Shown: positions 10,015 through 16,774 of the stretch, one piece after another
How positions within the stretch are numbered: position 1 is the stretch's first letter
How the letters are laid out: every line of letters begins with the position of its first letter
Source: a virus
Direction: 5' to 3' (one strand)
DNA length: 64,000 nt
Virus record (IMG/VR): IMGVR_UViG_3300032401_000690
Coordinates: 64,001 to 128,000 of that record
Notes under the pieces: generated by a model
The model's input: the letters and a program-made list of their open reading frames with translations, nothing else
What the model was told of the DNA's origin: nothing
Databases searched by the model: none
Translations under genes and position numbers: made by a program

Positions 10015-10370
10015 TAAATTATAGGTCTCTTCCAACCTTAGGTACGCTTGATTTGAATGGAAGAAACCATGTGTGAGTCCCCTCAAATTATAGGTCTCTT
10101 CCAACTTTTACTATTAATAAAAACATCCTATTCTGGGTGTGAGTCCCCTCAAATTATAGGTCTCCTCCAACTACGCCAAGCTTTGCAAAGGAGACCAAGT
10201 AGGTGTGAATCCCCTTAAATTATAGGTCTCCTCCAACTATAGAGAGAAAAGTAGAATAGCCCAAGTTGGTGTGAATCCCCTTAAATTATAGGTCTCCTCC
10301 AACGGAATTGGAAATGTAAAGGGTTGCCCAAGTTGGTGTGAATCCCCTTAAATTATAGGTCTCCTCCAAC
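10015..10370 (-). CRISPR. CRISPR-like mini-array 2 (5 full 36-bp repeats, 5 spacers of 30-33 bp, 1 truncated repeat)
   Basis: Repeats at 10335-10370, 10268-10303, 10202-10237, 10136-10171, 10070-10105, partial 10015-10036. Spacers 31, 30, 30, 30, 33 bp, all different. Minus-strand consensus GTTGGARGAGACCTATAATTTRAGGGGAYTCACACC. Confidence 0.75.
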
Positions 10371-10624
10371 CATATAGTCAGAATCTCCTTTGTTTGCAAG
10401 TAACTCAGACCAAAAATAGAATCAAAAAATACCCAAATTCTGTCGTAATTTATATAAACATCCCTATTTTTTGAATCCTGGTAATACACAAATAACGGTT
10501 TTCGGTCCTCATCAACATAATATGTTTTATCATCTTTAACCACCGGAGTTAGATCACCAAACTCTTTGTGTAACCACTTAAACACCAATCTGTCCCTACT
10601 ACTTTCAGTTATTATTATTTTCAT
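10286..10624 (-). CDS. Domain X protein copy 2 (unknown function); C-terminus encoded by repeat plus spacer
   Basis: MKIIITESS...WLEETYNLRGFTP-TWATLYISNS-VGGDL. Paralog of the neighbouring genes. Confidence 0.8.
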   Translation of the reverse strand: MKIIITESSRDRLVFKWLHKEFGDLTPVVKDDKTYYVDEDRKPLFVYYQDSKNRDVYINYDRIWVFFDSIFGLSYLQTKEILTIWLEETYNLRGFTPTWATLYISNSVGGDL

Positions 10625-10631
10625 ATCATTT

Positions 10632-10786
10632 TAAATTATAGGTCTCTTCCAACCAATTTACAGAAACTTGACGGTATATAATTGGGTGTGAGTCCCCTCA
10701 AATTATAGGTCTCTTCCAACGGGATTTGCATAATCACCTGCCCATGCACTGGTGTGAGTCCCCTCAAATTATAGGTCTCTTCCAAC
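10632..10786 (-). CRISPR. CRISPR-like mini-array 1 (2 full repeats, 2 spacers, 1 truncated repeat), translated as the end of the SOD fusion gene
   Basis: Identical repeats 10751-10786 and 10685-10720. Spacers 10721-10750 (30 bp) and 10654-10684 (31 bp). Partial repeat 10632-10653. Confidence 0.7.
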
Positions 10787-12129
10787 CATACCTTCAGAAT
10801 CTCCTGTGTTTGCGGGCGTTTCAGACCAAAAATAGAATCAAAAAATACCCAAATTCTGTCGTAATCTACATAAATAAACCCATTTTTTTCATCCTGGTAA
10901 TACACAAATAACGGTTTTCTGTTCTCATCAACATAAAAGGTTTTATCACGTTTAACTACGGGTGTTAGATTTCCAAACTCTTTGTTTAACCACTTTAATG
11001 CGGATTTAAATTTAGGATCAACCGATTCGTTAATTGATTCTTTTTTACTTGTTCTCAAGTCATAAAGACTAGTAACGAATTCCCAATTAATATGGTTCCA
11101 AAATTTATTAATATATTGGTCTCGTTTATTTTTATATCTTAAATAATATGCGTGTTCCCAAAGATCTAATCCAAGGATTGGATATCCACCATTAACATCA
11201 TTCATTAATGGGTTATCTTGGTTTGGTGTTGTAATAATTTTTAATCTATTAGTTTTTGTTAAAACCAACCATACCCAACCTGAACCAAAACTATCCAAGG
11301 CGGCCTTATTAAATTCTTCTTTAAAATTTTTAAATGATTTGTATTGGTTTGTTATTTTATCTAAAAGATCCCCTTTTAAAGTTTGTTTTTTTGGGGTTAA
11401 CATTTTCCAAAACAATGCGTGATTAAATGCACCACCGGCATTATTTCTGACCTTTGTATTAAATTTAGTGATAGTTTTAATGATGTCCTCAAGTTCTATA
11501 TCACCTTTTCTACTTGATAATGCATCATTTAATTTTTTAACATAACCTTTATAATGTTTGTTATAATGAACATCCATTGTTTCAGGATCAACAAATTGTT
11601 TTAATGCCGAATATGAATAGGGTAATTTCTCAATACCAATTTTTTTCATTTCGGTAATGAATTCTTTTTGAATGTTAATTTTGTCTGTTAATACGATTTG
11701 TTCTGTTAAGATATCAATTCTATTTGAAATGGGTTTTAACCCCTCATAAACAATATTAACCATTTCGGGGTGTTCTTTTTCAAACATTTTAATTAATCGT
11801 CCAGCACCAGCATTTGCTTCATCCTCATTTTTTCCACCAATATCTTGACCAATTTCCCGTTTTAATATGGTCATTTGATGTTCGTGAATCCATTCGTGTG
11901 CAAGAGTTCTTAAGATATCTCGGTTCAACCGACCTTTAGTTAAAATTTTAATACCAAACTCATCACTTCTACTACCAGTCGTCATTTGACCTGTGCGATC
12001 ACCCAAGAAAGAAACTAATATATCATTCTTTAATGGATATTTTTCATTTAAAAACTTAATAAATTTTTTGGCAAGATCCTTACTTTCTTGGGACATTGAG
12101 CATTTAATATGTTTAATAGATACTTTCAT
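10636..12129 (-). CDS. sod: Three-domain fusion: HExxH metallopeptidase-like domain + Fe/Mn superoxide dismutase + domain X
   Basis: TLAHEWIH...NEDEAN, then SOD motifs LPYSYSAL, HYNKHY, NHALFW, FGSGW, NQDNP, DLWEHAYY, then KWLNKEFGNLTP...WLEETYNLRGLTP. Confidence 0.85.
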   Translation of the reverse strand: MKVSIKHIKCSMSQESKDLAKKFIKFLNEKYPLKNDILVSFLGDRTGQMTTGSRSDEFGIKILTKGRLNRDILRTLAHEWIHEHQMTILKREIGQDIGGKNEDEANAGAGRLIKMFEKEHPEMVNIVYEGLKPISNRIDILTEQIVLTDKINIQKEFITEMKKIGIEKLPYSYSALKQFVDPETMDVHYNKHYKGYVKKLNDALSSRKGDIELEDIIKTITKFNTKVRNNAGGAFNHALFWKMLTPKKQTLKGDLLDKITNQYKSFKNFKEEFNKAALDSFGSGWVWLVLTKTNRLKIITTPNQDNPLMNDVNGGYPILGLDLWEHAYYLRYKNKRDQYINKFWNHINWEFVTSLYDLRTSKKESINESVDPKFKSALKWLNKEFGNLTPVVKRDKTFYVDENRKPLFVYYQDEKNGFIYVDYDRIWVFFDSIFGLKRPQTQEILKVWLEETYNLRGLTPVHGQVIMQIPLEETYNLRGLTPNYIPSSFCKLVGRDL

Positions 12130-12158
12130 TGTTTATAAATATCAATCAATCTATTCTT

Positions 12159-13922
12159 TTACATTCTTCTATTAATAGAATTTAACATTTCCTCAACAAT
12201 ATCCCCACCATTCTCAAGTAGATCATCACCCATAACGGTATTAATGATCTTTTTCTTGTGGTTTAAAATGTTATAAATTGCTCCCTCAATAGTATTTTCA
12301 AATAATGGATAATAAATTAACACATTATTTTTTTGACCATAACGATACGCCCTATCTTCTGCTTGAGCATGTTCGGCAGGAACAAAAGATAAATCATTCA
12401 TAATAACAACCTCAGCGGCAGTTAATGTTAACCCAACACCAGCAGCCTTTAAATTTCCAACGAACACCTTAATCTTATCGTTTTCTTGGAATTCATCAAT
12501 TGCGTGTTGTCGTTTTGGTTTTGAACAACTACCATCCAAATAAACGGATTGTTTCCCAAAATGATTATGTATTAATTGTAAGGTGTCAGTAAAGTTGGTG
12601 AATATAATAACTTTCTTACCCTGTTCAATAATATTCTCAACAATCTCAATAGTATGTTTTACTTTTTCGTTGGCAATAATTTTTCTAACCTTCATTAATT
12701 TACTGAACTGTATTGTAAGTGATGTAGATTCCTCCGACTTCTTTTCAAACCAATCATAATACTCACCCATCATCTCCTCATAATCTTTTGATTTTAAATT
12801 AAGATAAATTGGGGATATGATTTTTTCGGGTAGATCCAACACGTCGTCTTTTAATCGTCTCAACATTTGTTTTGATGTTCTATCTCTTAGTTCTTCCAAA
12901 TTAGACGCCCCCTGAACATTCCATATCTTTCTTTTACCCGCCATAAATTGATAACCCTGACAATAACGTATCGCATAAGCCATCCAATTCTGAGCAACGG
13001 GACTCTCAATAATATTTAATAAATTAAAATAATTCATTGGTCTATTGGTCATCGGAGTTCCCGTTAATAACCAAACCCTTTTAATTTTTTTAACAAATGA
13101 ATTGATGATTTTTGTTCGTTGAGCTTGGGGATTAGAGATCATATGAGCTTCATCCATTATAACCAAATCAAATTCAGAATTCTCCAATAAAGATTTCTCT
13201 TTTACCTTTGGATCATAAAAGTTTTTAAGGATGTCGTAATTAATGATTACAAAGTCGTGGTCAGTTGAAAACTTTTTACCCTCACAAATAAAAATACTAC
13301 GATCAGTGTAGTTCTCAATTTCTCGTTGCCAATTAATCTTTAACGATGCGGGACAAATAATTAATATCTTCTTAACACCAGTCTCTAATGCGGCAATAAT
13401 AGTTGCGGTTGTTTTACCCAACCCCATATCGTCAGCAAGAATAAATCTTCTTGACCCAACCAATTTCTCAATTGCCTCTTTTTGGTGATTAAGTGGTGGT
13501 CGGTTATCGTATTTGGAATAATCAACATCAACCTTCTCAATGGTGTGGGTTTTTATTAATGATGATTTAGGTACCCAAAATTCGGTTATCTCATCTTTTT
13601 CAAAAAACTTACCCCAAATATGATACGATTTTTCTTTCTCAACCAAAAGTTTTTCAATATAGATTTTATCTGGAACCTCTAAAAGGTATTTTTCTTCAGC
13701 AAATTTCTTTGCAAAGTAAGTGTCCAAATCAACCCACTTACGAGCAACTTTTGGTGTTACATCGTGATAGTTGTTAATATAATCAGATTGTGTTCTTGTT
13801 GGAAAGAATTTTTTATTCTTCTCTTTTTTTGTTTTTAACGAAAGGATATAGTTATTTGCCCCCGAGTAAACTTCAAGTAATTCTAATGCCTTATGTTCTA
13901 TCATTGTAGACGTGTTCTCCAA
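12159..13922 (-). CDS. SNF2-family (SMARCAL1/HARP-like) helicase/ATPase
   Basis: LADDMGLGKT, DEAH, LTGTP, AAGVGLTL and QAEDRAYRYGQ motifs. Confidence 0.9.
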   Translation of the reverse strand: MENTSTMIEHKALELLEVYSGANNYILSLKTKKEKNKKFFPTRTQSDYINNYHDVTPKVARKWVDLDTYFAKKFAEEKYLLEVPDKIYIEKLLVEKEKSYHIWGKFFEKDEITEFWVPKSSLIKTHTIEKVDVDYSKYDNRPPLNHQKEAIEKLVGSRRFILADDMGLGKTTATIIAALETGVKKILIICPASLKINWQREIENYTDRSIFICEGKKFSTDHDFVIINYDILKNFYDPKVKEKSLLENSEFDLVIMDEAHMISNPQAQRTKIINSFVKKIKRVWLLTGTPMTNRPMNYFNLLNIIESPVAQNWMAYAIRYCQGYQFMAGKRKIWNVQGASNLEELRDRTSKQMLRRLKDDVLDLPEKIISPIYLNLKSKDYEEMMGEYYDWFEKKSEESTSLTIQFSKLMKVRKIIANEKVKHTIEIVENIIEQGKKVIIFTNFTDTLQLIHNHFGKQSVYLDGSCSKPKRQHAIDEFQENDKIKVFVGNLKAAGVGLTLTAAEVVIMNDLSFVPAEHAQAEDRAYRYGQKNNVLIYYPLFENTIEGAIYNILNHKKKIINTVMGDDLLENGGDIVEEMLNSINRRM

Positions 13923-13972
13923 AATAGTTAGTTTGTGTTAATAATAATCAATAAATAGATATTTATCAATAT

Positions 13973-14935
13973 ATGAGTAAATTTGAATTATATGGTTTGT
14001 ATTGTCCGTTAACCAACGAAATAAAATATGTTGGTATAACAAAAAATGGATTAAATAAAAGATTAAATAGTCATTTAAGAAAACCAACTAACGAATTTAT
14101 TGGTAAATGGTTTAAAGATTTAAAAAACAATAATAACAGACCAATTATTAAATTAATAAAAGAGTGTGACTCTTACGAAGATTTATTACTTTCCGAATAT
14201 AATGAAATAAAAAAACTTAGGGAATTAAAAATAGATATTTATAATTTAACTGACGGTGGGGATATTAATCCAATGTTGGGTAAATCACACACTTCCGAGT
14301 CTAAACTTAAAATGTCTTTATTCCATAAGGGGAAAATAATAAGTGACGAACAAAGACAAAAACAAAAAGAAACGTTAAATAGGTTGTGGTCAAATAAATT
14401 ATGGTCTGAAAAAATGAAACAAAAAATGTCGGAAAATACATCGGGGAGTAATAACCCAAATTGGAAGGGAGGGGTAACTAATGAGAAATGTTTATGTGGT
14501 AATAAAAAGAGTTTTGGTAGAAAAACTTGTATGTCTTGTAGGGACGTAAATGGAATTAAAAATCCGTTTTTTGGTAAAAAACACAGCGAAAAAACATTAA
14601 ATATATTAAGAGAAAAAAGTAAAAAATATGGGAAGGAAAACCCTAATTTCAAATACGATATTAATGAAGAAGAATTATATAATTTATATATTAAAAATAA
14701 TAAAACAGTAGTTGAGATTAGTAATCAATTTAATTGTGCGATAAACACAATAAATAAAAAATTAAGACAATATAATATATATAAACCAAAATCTAATATT
14801 TATAATTTAGTGATTGATGATGTAAAAAATTATTTACTAAATAATTTAAACTATATTCAGATTGGTTATATCTATGGGTGTAGTAATAAAATTATACATA
14901 AATTTGTAAAAAAACATAACTTATATGTCAAATAA
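13973..14935 (+). mobile_element. Free-standing GIY-YIG homing endonuclease with NUMOD3-type DNA-binding repeats
   Basis: LYGL...YVGIT...RLNSH...E...N GIY-YIG core. NUMOD3-like MLGKSHTSESKLKMS and FFGKKHSEKT. Very A-rich. Confidence 0.8.
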
Positions 14936-15441
14936 TAAAGTGCCTATATCAAGGCTTGGTAAGTTCTTCTCCGAAGAAGATTTTTTTTTTAGAGGTGGCC
15001 CTTGGTCAGGAATGGTTACACGGTGATATGAATTTTACGTGTGTCCTTTATCGTATTGATAGATATAAAACAAAAACTGACGATGTTTATGGTGAAGCCC
15101 TTGAAGATGGTATAAAATATTTACCACCCGTTGAGTTTAATGGTTATGTTCAGATCACTGCCCCTGAAAATAAACTTATGGGATCCACTCGTATTGAGCA
15201 AATGGAACCAGGAAATATTAAAGTATCTGTTTATCAAAAAACATTGGATGATTTGGGTATTGATATTAGTTTTGGGGATTATATTGGTTATTATGAAAGT
15301 GAAACGGTAGTTAGATACTATACGGTAAATAACGATGGTCGTGTTATTTCGGATAACAAACATTCGTATGGGGGCTATAAACCATTTTATCGCACTATTA
15401 GTGCATCACCTGTTGGTCCAAACGAATTTAGAGGATTATAA
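14925..15441 (+). CDS. Putative head-closure/neck protein (gp14-like), frameshifted at T10 (14981-14990)
   Basis: ATG 14925 reads MSNNKVPISRLGKFFSEEDF. Removing one T joins it to the 14956..15441 frame (LEVALGQEW...DDVYGE). Located before tail genes. Confidence 0.55.
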
Positions 15442-15452
15442 TATATATTAAT

Positions 15453-16490
15453 ATGGGATTACCTAAAAAAATAAAAAAGACATTACCATTAACACAACCA
15501 AGAACTTTATATCCTAGAAGACAGGAATTAAAGGAGATGATTGAACGCGATGGAACTTATCTTCCCAAATCATTACTTCACGCAGATCTTGATCGTGGAT
15601 TTTTGGATTTTGTTAGGGATGAATTAAAATGTGTTGTTGAGGGAAAAACGGTTCCAATGGTTGATATTTTAATATCCACACAAAATTGGTCTCAATTTGT
15701 TGAAACTTGGGATTTCCAAAATATTGATAAAAATACCGAACCACCCCTTATTACTGTCATTAGAACACCTGAAGTTAAATACGGAACAAATCCGGCATTA
15801 AGGTATAATATACCAAATAGAAGGCAATATTATTATGCTCAAGTACCAACTTGGGATGGTCAAAGACACGGTATGGATATCTATAAAATACCACAACCCG
15901 TTCCTGTTGATATAAAATATACTGTTGCAATTATTTGTAATAGAATGAGAGAACTCAATAAGTTTAACCAAATCATATTGGAGAAATTCTCATCAAGACA
16001 AGCATATCAAAACATTAAAGGACACTACATTCCAATTGTTAACGACGATATAACAGACGAATCAGTGTTAGATCTTGAGAAAAGAAAAGTATATATTCAA
16101 AAATACACATTCACAATGTTGGGATTTTTAATTGATGAAGATGAGTTTGAGGTTCAACCTGCGGTTACAAGAATTTTTCAAATGTATGAAGTTGATACAC
16201 AAATAAAAAAGAAACGACAAAAAAGGGAAGAACCAAATATACCATCGGATTATATTCCAACATATCCATCAGGAGTAACGGAATCTATCCAAACCTTTGA
16301 ATATACTGTTAATTTAACTTTAGGTGAAACAACTAATGTTGATAATTTTAGTGTATACATTAATGGTGACTATTATGGTGATAATATTGAGTTTATACAA
16401 ATCAATACAAATGATGTATTAAGGATAACAGTTGTTAAACCAAACGAGTCTGATGGTACCAAAATTATATATAACCAAGAGTTATTATAA
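15453..16490 (+). CDS. Putative tail completion/sheath terminator protein (gp15-like)
   Basis: PVPVDIKY...ELNKFNQIIL pattern and position directly before the sheath gene. Confidence 0.5.
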   Translation: MGLPKKIKKTLPLTQPRTLYPRRQELKEMIERDGTYLPKSLLHADLDRGFLDFVRDELKCVVEGKTVPMVDILISTQNWSQFVETWDFQNIDKNTEPPLITVIRTPEVKYGTNPALRYNIPNRRQYYYAQVPTWDGQRHGMDIYKIPQPVPVDIKYTVAIICNRMRELNKFNQIILEKFSSRQAYQNIKGHYIPIVNDDITDESVLDLEKRKVYIQKYTFTMLGFLIDEDEFEVQPAVTRIFQMYEVDTQIKKKRQKREEPNIPSDYIPTYPSGVTESIQTFEYTVNLTLGETTNVDNFSVYINGDYYGDNIEFIQINTNDVLRITVVKPNESDGTKIIYNQELL

Positions 16491-16655
16491 TCAATCTTCC
16501 CCATAAATATCTTTTTTCTCCTTACACTTTTCAAATATAAGGTTTTCCAAAAAACGATACATTTTGATCCCACGTTTATCACAATAACGTTTTAAAACTT
16601 CGTGCGACTCAACTGAAATCTTTAAATTCTTTATTTTTTTAACATCTTCACTCAT
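16491..16655 (-). CDS. 54-aa putative ribbon-helix-helix DNA-binding protein (missing from the ORF track)
   Basis: ATG at 16655: MSEDVKKIKNLKISVESHEVLKRYCDKRGIKMYRFLENLIFEKCKEKKDIYGED*. TATTTAT on the minus strand at 16692-16698. Confidence 0.65.
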   Translation of the reverse strand: MSEDVKKIKNLKISVESHEVLKRYCDKRGIKMYRFLENLIFEKCKEKKDIYGED

Positions 16656-16774
16656 AGGTAGAAAAAAGGTAGAATAAAATCATACCATAATATAAATAGT
16701 TTCATATAAGTAAAGTTTTTGCTTAAAACTCCAATATTTATATAATAAAATAAATCTATAAACAAACAAACAAA

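Noticed and set aside
9665-10786. Simple VNTR/low-complexity tandem repeat
   Set aside because: Constant 36-bp blocks alternate with largely unrelated, nearly fixed-length spacers, which simple slippage would not produce.
9665-12129. Complete CRISPR-Cas locus, DGR or TIGR-Tas system
   Set aside because: No Cas, reverse transcriptase or Nop-domain gene recognised. Spacer differences are not adenine-specific. Unit length is ~66 bp with a single repeat type.
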